Shown: positions 1 through 11,455 of the stretch, piece by piece | Numbering within the stretch: the stretch's first letter is position 1 | Layout of the letters: every line of letters starts with the position of its first letter | Assembly: GCA_964016885.1 (NCBI GenBank) | Contig: OZ024740.1 | Location: 21,018,001-21,082,000, forward strand | Direction of reading: 5' to 3' | Length of the DNA stretch: 64,000 bases | Origin: Eledone cirrhosa | Lineage: Eukaryota | Translations under genes and position numbers: made by a program | The notes under the pieces: model-generated | Seen by the model: the letters and a program-made list of their open reading frames with translations, nothing else | What the model was told of the DNA's origin: nothing | The model's database searches: none

Positions 1-1150
1 TCAGACAGTATATCTTGGACTACATTAGACAATGTACCATTCCGTCTTTCAATGTGATATTATCAGACAGTATATCTTGGACTACATTAGACAATATACC
101 ATTACTTCTTTCAATGTGATATTATCAGACAGTATATCTTGGACTACATTTGACAATGTACCATTCCTTCTTTCAAGGTGATATTATCAGACAGTATATC
201 TTGGACTACATTAGACAATGTACCATTCCTTCTTTCAAGGTGATATTATCAGACAGTATATCTTGGACTACATTAGACAATGTACCATTTCTTCCTTCAA
301 GGTGATATTATCAGACAATATATCTTGGACTAAATTAGACAATGTACCATTCCTTCTTTCAATGTCATATTATCAGACAGTATATCTTGGACTACATTAG
401 ACAATGTACCATTCCTTCCTTCAAGGTGATATTATCAGACAGTATATATTGGACTACATTAGACAATATACCCTTCCTTCTTTCAATGTTATATTATCAG
501 ACAGTATATCTTCGACTACATTAGACAATATACCATTCCTTCTTTCAATGTGATATTATCAGACAGTATATCTTGGACTGCATTAGACAATGTACCATTC
601 TTTCTTTCAAGGTGATATTATCAGACAGTATATCTTGGGCTACAATAGACAATGTACCATTCCTACTTTCAATGTGATATTATCAGACAGTATATCTTGG
701 ACTACATTAGACAATGTACCATTCCTTCCTTCAAGGTGATATTATCAGACAGTATATCTTGGACTACATTAGACAATGTACCATTCCTTCTTTCAATGTG
801 ATATTATCAGACAGTATATCTTGGACTACATTATACAATGTACCATTCCTTCTTTCAATGTTATATTATCAGACTGTATATCTTGGACTACATTAGACAA
901 TATACCATTCCTTCTTTCAATGTGATATTATCAGACAGTATATCTTGGACTACATTAGACAATGTATCGTTCCTTCTTTCAATGTGATATTATCAGACAG
1001 AATACCTTGGACTATATTAGACAATATACCATTCCTTCTTTCAATGTGATATTATCAGACAGTATATCTTGGACTACATTAGACAATGTACCATTCCTTC
1101 TTTCAAGGTGATATTATCAGACAGTATATCTTGGACTACATTAGACAATG
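1..1150 (+). repeat. Segmental duplicate of ~6957-8100 (offset 6956 bp)
   Basis: Same ordered rare variants (tccgtc, ttactt, catttgac, gactaaatt, ataccctt, gggctacaat, cagaatacc). Identical ORFs at 218/7174, 342/7298 and 714/7670. Confidence 0.9.
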
Positions 1151-2130
1151 TACCATTTATTCTTTCAATGTGATATTATCAGACAGTATATCTTGGACTA
1201 CATTAGACAATATACCGTTCCTTTTTTCAATGTGATATTATCAGACAGTATATCTTGGACTACATTAGTCAATGTACCATGTATTCATTCAATGTGATAT
1301 TATCAGACAGTATATCGTGGACTACATTAGACAATATACCATTCCTTGTTTCAATGTGATATTATCAGACAGTAGATCTTGGACTACATTAGACAATGTA
1401 CCGTTTCTTCTTTCAATGTGATATTATCAGACAGTATATCTTGGACTACATTAGCCAATATACCATTCCTTGTTTCAATGTGATATTATCAGACAGTATA
1501 TCTTGGACCACATTAGACAATGTACCATTCCTTCTTTCAAGGTGATATTATCAGACAGTATATCTTGGACTACATTAGACAATGTACCATTCCTTCTTTC
1601 AAGGTGATATTATCAGACAGTATATCTTGGACTACATTAGACAATGTACCGTTCCTTCTTTCAAGGTGATATTATCAGACAGTATATCTTGGTCTACATT
1701 AGACAATGTACCATTCCTTCTTTCAAGGTGATATTATCAGACAGTATATCTTGGACAACATTAGACAATGTACCATTCCTTCTTTCAATGTCATATTATC
1801 CGACAGTATATCTTCGACTACATTAGACAATATACCATTCCTTGTTTCAATGTGATATTATCAGACAGTATATCTTGGACTACATTAGACAATGCACCAT
1901 TCCTTCTTTCAAGGTGATATTATCAGACCGTATATCTTGGACTACAATAGACAATGTACCATTCCTACTTTCAATGTGATATTAACAGACAGTATATATT
2001 GGACTACATTAGACAATGTACCATTCCTTCTTTCAACGTCATATTATCAGACAGTATATCTTAGACTACATTAGACAATATACCATTCCTTCTTTCAATG
2101 TGATATTATCAGACAGTATATCTTGGACTA

Positions 2131-2250
2131 CATTATACAATACCATTCCTTCTTTCAACGTGATATTCTCAGACAGTATATCTTGGACTACATTATACAA
2201 TACCATTCCTTCTTTCAACGTGATATTCTCAGACAGTATATCTTGGACTA
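2131..2250 (+). repeat. Two adjacent identical 60-bp deletion monomers
   Basis: cattatacaataccattccttctttcaacgtgatattctcagacagtatatcttggacta occurs twice in tandem, each 2 bp shorter than consensus. Confidence 0.9.
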
Positions 2251-2838
2251 CATTAGACAATGCACCATTCCTTCTCTCAATTGGATATTATCAGACAGTA
2301 TATCTTGGACTACATTAGACAATGTACCATTCCTTCTTTCACTGTGATATTATCAGACAGTATATCTTGGACTACATTAGACAATGTACCTTTCCTTCTT
2401 TGAATGTTATATTATCAGACAGTATATCTTGGACTACATTAGACAATGTACCATTCCTTCTTTCAATGGGATATTAGCAGACAGTATATCTTGGACTACA
2501 TTAGACAATATACCATTCCTTCTTTCAAAATGATATTATCAGACAGTATATCTTGGACTACATTAGACAATGTACCATTCCTTCTTTCGATGGGTTATTA
2601 TCAGACAGTATAACTTGGACTACATTAGACAATGTACCATTCCTTCTTTCAAGGTTATTTTATCAGACAGTATATCTTGGACTACATTAGACAACGTATC
2701 GTTCCTTCTTTCAAGATGATATTATCAGACAGTATATCTTGGACTACATTAGACAATGTACCATTCCTTCTATCAAGGTGATATTATCGGACAGTATATC
2801 TTGGGCTACATTAGACAATGTACCATTCCTTCTTTCAA

Positions 2839-2882
2839 TGTGATATTATCAGACAGTATATGTGATGGTATCAGACAGTATA
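2839..2882 (+). repeat. 22-bp intra-monomer tandem duplication (84-bp monomer)
   Basis: tgtgatattatcagacagtata is followed by tgtgatggtatcagacagtata, and the register shifts by +22. Confidence 0.88.
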
Positions 2883-4174
2883 TCTTGGACTACATTAGAC
2901 AATATACCATTCCTTGTTTCAATGTGATATTATCAGACAGTATATCTTGGACTACATTAGACAATGTACCATTTATTCTTTCAATGTGATATTATCAGAC
3001 AGTATATCTTGGACTACATTAGACAATATACCATTCCTTCTTTCAATGTGATATTATCAGACAGTATATCTTGGACTACATTAGACAATATACCATTCCT
3101 TCTTTCAATGTGATATTATCAGACAGTATATCTTGGACTACATTAGACAATGTATCGTTCCTTCATTCACTGTGATATTATCAGACAGTATATCTTGGAC
3201 TACATTAGACAATGTACCATTCCTTCTTTCAACCTCATATTATCAGACAGTATATCTTGGACTACATCAGACAATGTACCATTCCTAATTTCAATGTGAT
3301 ATTATCAGACAGTATAGCTCGGACTACATTAGACAATGTACCATTCCTTCTTTCAATGTGATATTATCAGACAGTATATCTTGGACTACATTAAACAATA
3401 TACCATTCCTTGTTTCAATGTGATATGATTAGACAGTATACCTTGGACTACATTAGACAATGTACCATTCCTTGTTTCAATGGGATATTATCAGACAGTA
3501 TAGCTTGGACTATATTAGACAATGTACCATTCCTTCTTTCAATGTGATATTATCAGACAGTATATCTTGGACTACATTAAACAATATACCATTCCTTGTT
3601 TCAATGTGATATGATTAGACAGTATACCTTGGACTACATTAGACAATGTACCATTCCTTGTTTCAACGTCATATTATCAGACAGTATATCTTGGACTACA
3701 TTAGACAATATACCTACCTTGTTTCAATGTGATATTATCAGACAGTATATCTTGGACTCCATTAGACAATGTACCATTCCTACTTTCAATGTGATATTAT
3801 CAGACAGTATAGCTCGGACTACATTAGACAGTGTACCATTCATTCTTTCAATGTGATATTATCAGACGGTATATCTTGGACTACAATAGACAATATACCT
3901 TCCTTGTTTCAATGTGATATTATCAGACAGTATATCTTGGACTTCATTAGACACTGTATCGTTCCTTCTTTCAAGATGATATTATCAGACAGTATATCTT
4001 GGACTACATTAGACAATGTACCATTCCTTCTTTCAATGTGATATTATCGGACAGTATATCTTGGACTACATTAGATAATGTACCATTCCTTCTTTCAATG
4101 TGATATTATCAGAGTATATCTTGGACTACATTAGACAATGTACCATTCCTTCTGTCAATGTGATATTATCAGAC

Positions 4175-4261
4175 TGTCTAATGTAGTCCAAGATATACTG
4201 TCTGATAATATCACATTGAAAGAAGGAATGGTACATTGTCTAATGTAGTCCAAGATATACT
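4175..4261 (-). repeat. 87-bp inverted satellite segment, copy 1 (tgtct type)
   Basis: tgtctaatgtagtcc...gaaagaaggaatggtac...caagatatact is the reverse complement of 25+62 bp of consensus. Junctions are tcagac|tgtct and atact|atgtacc. Confidence 0.96.
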
Positions 4262-7200
4262 ATGTACCATTCCTTCTTTCAATGTCATATTATCAGACAG
4301 TATATCTTGGACTACATTAGACAATGTACCATTCCTCATTTCAAGGTGATATTACAAACAGTATATCGTGGACTACATTAGACAATGTATCGTTCCTTCT
4401 TTCAATGTGATATTATCAGACAGTATATCTTGGACTACATTAGACAATGTACCATTCCTTCTTTCAATGTGATATTATCAGACAGTATATCTTGGACTAC
4501 ATTAGACAATGTACCATTCCTTCTTTCAAGGTGATATTATCAGACAGTATATCTTGGACTACATTAGACAATGTACCATTTCTTCCTTCAAGGTGATATT
4601 ACCAGACAGTATATCCTGGACTAAATTAGACAATGTACCATTCCTTCTTTCAATGTCATATTATCAGACAGTATATCTTGGACTACATTAGACAATGTAC
4701 CATTCCTTCTTTCAAGGTGATATTATCAGACAGTATATCTTGGACTACATTAGACAATGTACCATTCCTTCTTTCAATGTTATATTATCAGACAGTATAG
4801 CTTGGACTATATTAGACAATGTACCATTCCTTCTTTCAATGTGATATTATCAGACAGTATATCTTGGAATACATTAAACAATATACTATTCTTGTTTCAA
4901 TGTGATATGATTAGACATTATACCTTGGACTACATTAGACAATGTACCATTCCTTGTTTCAATGGGATATTATCAGACAGTATATCTTGGACTACATTAG
5001 ATAATATACCATTCCTTGTTTCAATGTGATATTATCAGACAGTATATCTTGGACTACATTAGACAATGTACCATTCCTTCTTTCAAGGTGATATTATCAG
5101 ACAGTATATTTTGGACTACATTAGACAATGTACCATTCATTCTTTCAAGGTGATATTATCAGACGGTATATCTTGGACTACATTAGACAATGTACCATTC
5201 CTTCTTTCAAGGTGATATTATCAGACAGTATATCTTGGTCTACATTAGACAATGTACCATTCCTTCTTTCAATGTGATATTATCAGACAGTATATCTTGG
5301 ACTACATTAGACAATGTACCATTCCTTCCTTCAAGGTGATATTATCAGACAGTATACCTTGGACTACATTAGACAATGTAACATTCCTTCTTTCAAGGTG
5401 ATATTATCAGACAGTATATCTTGGACTACATTAGACAATGTACCATTCCTTCTTTCAATGTGATATTATCAGACAGTATATCTTGGACTACATTAGACAA
5501 TCTAGCATTCCTTCTTTCAATGTGATATTAGCAGACAGTATATCTTGGACTACATTATTCAATGTACCATTCCTTCTTTCAATGTTATATTATCAGACAG
5601 TATAGCTTGGACTACGTTAGACAATGTACCATTCCTTCTTTCAAGGTGATATTATCAGACAGTATATCTTGGACTACATTAGACAATGTACCATTCCTTC
5701 TTTCAATGTCATATGATCCGACAGTACATCTTCGACTACATTAGACAATATACCATTCCTTGTTTCAATGTGATATTATCAGACAGTATATCTTGGACTA
5801 CATTAGACAATGTACCATTCCTTCTTTCAAGGTGATATTATCAGACAGTTTATCTTGGACTACATTAGACAATGTACCATTCCTTCTTTCAATGTGATAT
5901 TATCAGACAGTATATCTTGAACTACATTAGATGATGTACCATTCCTTCTTTCAATCTGATATTATCAGACAGTATATCTTGGAGTACATTAGACAATGTA
6001 CCATTCCTTCTTTCAATGTGATATTATCAGACAGTATAACTTGGACTGCATTAGACAATGTACCATTCCTTCTTTCAATGTGATATTATCAGACAGTATA
6101 TCTTGGACTACATTAGACAATGTACCATTCCGTCTTTCAATGTGATATTATCAGACAGTATATCTTGGACTACATTAGACAATATACCATTACTTCTTTC
6201 AATGTGATATTATCTGACAGTATATCTTGGACTACATTAGACAATGTACCATTCCTTCTTTCAAGGTGATATTATCAGACAGTATATCTTGGACTACATT
6301 AGACAATGTACCATTCCTTCCTTCAAGGTGATATTATCAGACAGTATATCTTGGACTACATTAGACAATGTACCATTTCTTCCTTCAAGGTGATATTATC
6401 AGACAGTATATCTTGGACTAAATTAGACAATGTACCATTCCTTCTTTCAATGTCATATTATCAGACAGTATATCTTGGACTACATTAGACAATGTACCAT
6501 TCCTTCCTTCAAGGTGATATTATCAGACAGTATATCTTGGACTACATTAGACAATGTACCATTCCTTCTTTCAATGTTATATTATCAGACAGTATATCTT
6601 CGACTACATTAGACAATATACCATTCCTTCTTTCAATGTGATATTATCAGACAGTATATCTTGGACTACATTAGACAATGTACCATTCTTTCTTTCAAGT
6701 TGATATTATCAGACAGTATATCTTGGACTACAATAGACAATGTACCATTCCTACTTTCAATGTGATATTATCAGACAGTATATCTTGAACTACATTAGAT
6801 GATGTACCATTCCTTCTTTCAATCTGATATTATCAGACAGTATATCTTGGACTACATTAGACAATGTACCATTCCTTCTTTCAATGTGATATTATCAGAC
6901 AGTATATCTTGGACTACATTAGACAATGTACCATTCCTTCTTTCAATGTGATATTATCAGACAGTATATCTTGGACTACATTAGACAATGTACCATTCCG
7001 TCTTTCAATGTGATATTATCAGACAGTATATCTTGGACTACATTAGACAATATACCATTACTTCTTTCAATGTGATATTATCAGACAGTATATCTTGGAC
7101 TACATTTGACAATGTACCATTCCTTCTTTCAAGGTGATATTATCAGACAGTATATCTTGGACTACATTAGACAATGTACCATTCCTTCTTTCAAGGTGAT

Positions 7201-8760
7201 ATTATCAGACAGTATATCTTGGACTACATTAGACAATGTACCATTTCTTCCTTCAAGGTGATATTATCAGACAATATATCTTGGACTAAATTAGACAATG
7301 TACCATTCCTTCTTTCAATGTCATATTATCAGACAGTATATCTTGGACTACATTAGACAATGTACCATTCCTTCCTTCAAGGTGATATTATCAGACAGTA
7401 TATATTGGACTACATTAGACAATATACCCTTCCTTCTTTCAATGTTATATTATCAGACAGTATATCTTCGACTACATTAGACAATATACCATTCCTTCTT
7501 TCAATGTGATATTATCAGACAGTATATCTTGGACTGCATTAGACAATGTACCATTCTTTCTTTCAAGGTGATATTATCAGACAGTATATCTTGGGCTACA
7601 ATAGACAATGTACCATTCCTACTTTCAATGTGATATTATCAGACAGTATATCTTGGACTACATTAGACAATGTACCATTCCTTCCTTCAAGGTGATATTA
7701 TCAGACAGTATATCTTGGACTACATTAGACAATGTACCATTCCTTCTTTCAATGTGATATTATCAGACAGTATATCTTGGACTACATTATACAATGTACC
7801 ATTCCTTCTTTCAATGTTATATTATCAGACTGTATATCTTGGACTACATTAGACAATATACCATTCCTTCTTTCAATGTGATATTATCAGACAGTATATC
7901 TTGGACTACATTAGACAATGTATCGTTCCTTCTTTCAATGTGATATTATCAGACAGAATACCTTGGACTACATTAGACAATATACCATTCCTTCTTTCAA
8001 TGTGATATTATCAGACAGTATATCTTGGACTACATTAGACAATGTACCATTCCTTCTTTCAAGGTGATATTATCAGACAGTATATCTTGGACTACATTAG
8101 ACAATGTACCATTCCTTCTTTCAAGGTGATATTATCAGACAGTATATCTTGGACTACATTAGACAATGTACCATTCCTTCTTTCAATGTTATATTATCAG
8201 ACAGTATATCTTCGACTACATTAGACAATATACCATTCCTTCCTTCAATGTGATATTATCAGACAGTATATCTTGGACAACATTCGACAATGTACCATGC
8301 TTTCTTTCAAGGTGATATTATCAGACAGTATATCTTGGACTACAATAGACAATGTACCATTCCTACTTTCAATGTGATATTAACAGACAGTATATCTTGG
8401 ACTACATTAGACAATGTACCATTCCTTCTTTCAATGCGATATTATCAGACAGTATATCATGGACTACATTATACAATGTACCATTCCTTCTTTCAATGTT
8501 ATATTATCAGACAGTATATCTTGGACTACATTAGACAATGTACCATTCCTTCTTTCAATGGGATATTATCAGACAGTATATCTTGGACTACATTAGACAA
8601 TGTACCATTTCTTCTTTCAAGTTGATATTATCAGACAGTATATCTTGGACTACATTAGACAATGTACCATTCCTTCTTTCAATGTGATATTATCAGACAG
8701 TGTATCTTGCACTACATTAGACAATGTACCATTCCTTCTGTCAATGTGATATTATCAGAC

Positions 8761-8847
8761 TGCCTAATGTAGTCCAAGATATACTGTCTGATAATATCAC
8801 ATTGAAAGAAGGAATGGTACATTGTCTAATGTAGTCCAAGATATACT
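8761..8847 (-). repeat. 87-bp inverted segment, copy 2 (tgcct type)
   Basis: Reverse-complement segment with the same junctions; begins tgcctaatg. Confidence 0.95.
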
Positions 8848-9318
8848 ATGTACCATTCCTTCTTTCAATGTCATATTATCAGACAGTATATCTTCGACTA
8901 CAATAGACAATGTACCATTCCTACTTTCAATGTGATATTAACAGACAGTATATCTTGGACTACATTAGACAATGTAGCATTCCTTCTTTCAATGTGATAT
9001 TATCAGACAGTATATCATGGACTACATTATACAATGTACCATTCCTTCTTTCAATGTTATATTATCAGACAGTATATCTTGGACTACATTAGACAATGTA
9101 CCATTCCTTCTTTCAATGGGATATTATCAGACAGTATATCTTGGACTACATTAGACAATGTACCATTCCTTCTTTCAATGGGATATTATCAGACAGTATA
9201 TCTTGGACTACAATAGACAATGTACCATTCCTTCTTTCATGGTGATATTATCAGACAGTGTATCTTGCACTACATTAGACAATGTACCATTCCTTCTGTC
9301 AATGTGATATTATCAGAC

Positions 9319-9405
9319 TGCCTAATGTAGTCCAAGATATACTGTCTGATAATATCACATTGAAAGAAGGAATGGTACATTGTCTAATTTAGTCCAAGAT
9401 ATACT
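9319..9405 (-). repeat. 87-bp inverted segment, copy 3 (tgcct, ctaatttag subtype)
   Basis: Reverse-complement segment, same junctions. Confidence 0.95.
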
Positions 9406-11368
9406 ATGTACCATTCCTTCTTTCAATGTCATATTATCAGACAGTATATCTTCGACTACAATAGACAATGTACCATTCCTACTTTCAATGTGATATTAAC
9501 AGACAGTATATTTTGGACTACATTAGACAATGTACCATTCCTTCTTTCAATGTGATATTATCAGACAGTATATCATGGACTACATTATACAATGTACCAT
9601 TCCTTCTTTCAATGTTATATTATCAGACTGTATATCTTGGACTACATTAGACAATATACCATTCCTTCTTTCAATGTGATATTATCAGACAGTATATCTT
9701 GGACTACATCAGACAATGTATCATTCCTTCTTTCAATGTGATATTATCAGACAGTATATCTTGGACTGCATTAGACAATGTACCATTCCTTCGTTCAAGG
9801 TGATATATTATCAGACAGTATATCTTGGACTACATTAGACAATGTACCATTCCTTCTTTCAAGATGATATTATCAGACAGTATATCTTGGACTACATTAG
9901 ACAATGTACCATTCCTTCTTTCAAGGTGATATTATCAGACAGTATATCTTGGACTACATTAGACAATGTACCATTCCTTCTTTCAATGTTATATTATAAG
10001 ACAGTATATCTTCGACTACATTAGACAATATACCATTCCTTCTTTCAATGTGATATTATCAGACAGTATATCTTGGACTGCATTAGACAATGTACCATTC
10101 CTTCGTTCAAGGTGATATATTATCAGACAGTATATCTTGGACTACAATAGACAATGTACCATTCCTACTTTCAATGTGATATTATCAGACAGTATATCTT
10201 TGACTACATTAGACAATGTACCATTCCTTCTTTCAATGTGATATTATCAGACAGTATATCATGAACTACATTATACAATGTACCATTCCTTCTTTCAATG
10301 TTATATTATCAGACTGTATATCTTGGACTACATTAGACAATATACCATTCCTTCTTTCAATGTGATATTATCAGACAGTATATCTTGGACTACATTAGAC
10401 AATGTACCATTCCTTCTTTCAATGTGATATTATCAGACAGTATATCTTGGACTACATTATACAATGTACCATTCCTTCTTTCAATGTTATATTATCAGAC
10501 TGTATATCTTGGACTACATTAGACAATATACCATTCCTTCTTTCAATGTGATATTATCAGACAGTATATCTTGGACTACATTAGACAATGTATCGTTCCT
10601 TCTTTCAATGTGATATTATCAGACAGTATACCTTGGACTACATTAGACAATATACCATTCCTTCTTTCAATGTGATATTATCAGACAGTATATCTTGGAC
10701 TACATTAGACAATGTACCATTCCTTCTTTCAAGGTGATATTATCAGACAGTATATCTTGGACTACATTAGACAATGTACCATTCCTTCTTTCAAGGTGAT
10801 ATTATCAGACAGTATATCTTGGACTACATTAGACAATGTACCATTCCTTCTTTCAATGTTATATTATCAGACAGTATATCTTCGACTACATTAGACAATA
10901 TACCATTCCTTCTTTCAAGGTGATATTATCAGACAGTATATCTTGGACTACAATAGACAATGTACCATTCCTACTTTCAATGTGATATTAACAGACAGTA
11001 TATCTTGGACTACATTAGACAATGTACCATTCCTTCTTTCAATGTGATATTATCAGACAGTATATCATGGACTACATTATACAATGTACCATTCCTTCTT
11101 TCAATGTTATATTATCAGACAGTATATCTTGGACTACATTAGACAATGTACCATTCCTTCTTTCAATGGGATATTATCAGACAGTATACCTTGGACTACA
11201 TTAGACAATGTACCATTTCTTCCTTCAAGTTGATATTATCAGACAGTATATCTTGGACTACATTAGACAATGTACCATTCCTTCTTTCAATGTGATATTA
11301 TCAGACAGTGTATCTTGCACTACATTAGACAATGTACCATTCCTTCTGTCAATGTGATATTATCAGAC

Positions 11369-11455
11369 TGCCTAATGTAGTCCAAGATATACTGTCTGAT
11401 AATATCACATTGAAAGAAGGAATGGTACATTGTCTAATGTAGTCCAAGATATACT
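11369..11455 (-). repeat. 87-bp inverted segment, copy 4 (tgcct)
   Basis: Reverse-complement segment, same junctions. Confidence 0.95.

Larger units (their letters stand above)
7740..10075 (+). repeat. Segmental duplicate block recurring at +4902 (~12640-14980) and +11046 (~18790-21120)
   Basis: Identical ORFs at 8042/12944/19088, 8910/13812/19956 and 9842/14744/20888. Each copy carries the pair of inversions 558 bp apart. Confidence 0.85.

Noticed and set aside
37-50. Similarity to human HSat2/3 (CATTC) or a heat-shock element (nGAAn) in CCATTCCTTCTTTC
   Set aside because: There is only one CATTC per monomer with no 5-bp periodicity, and the GAA units are direct rather than alternating inverted. 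Not enough to assign a family or motif.
2016-2347. Longer ORFs (100, 74 and 64 aa) with internal 20-aa repeats
   Set aside because: Caused by the two 60-bp monomers, whose length is a multiple of 3 and keeps the frame open on both strands.
4175-4261. Inversions as sequencing fold-back chimeras
   Set aside because: Identical breakpoints in 31 copies, return to the original strand in phase, and heritable subtype SNPs are not expected from random chimeras. Read-level confirmation is still advisable.
8290-8625. 111-aa ORF, the longest in the window
   Set aside because: Chance loss of two stop codons (TGA>CGA, TAG>TAT) in repeat monomers. The duplicate copies at +4902 and +11046 retain the TGA.
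8761-8847. Inverted segments as MITE or transposon insertions
   Set aside because: They consist purely of reverse-complemented satellite, add no length, and have no TIRs or target-site duplication.
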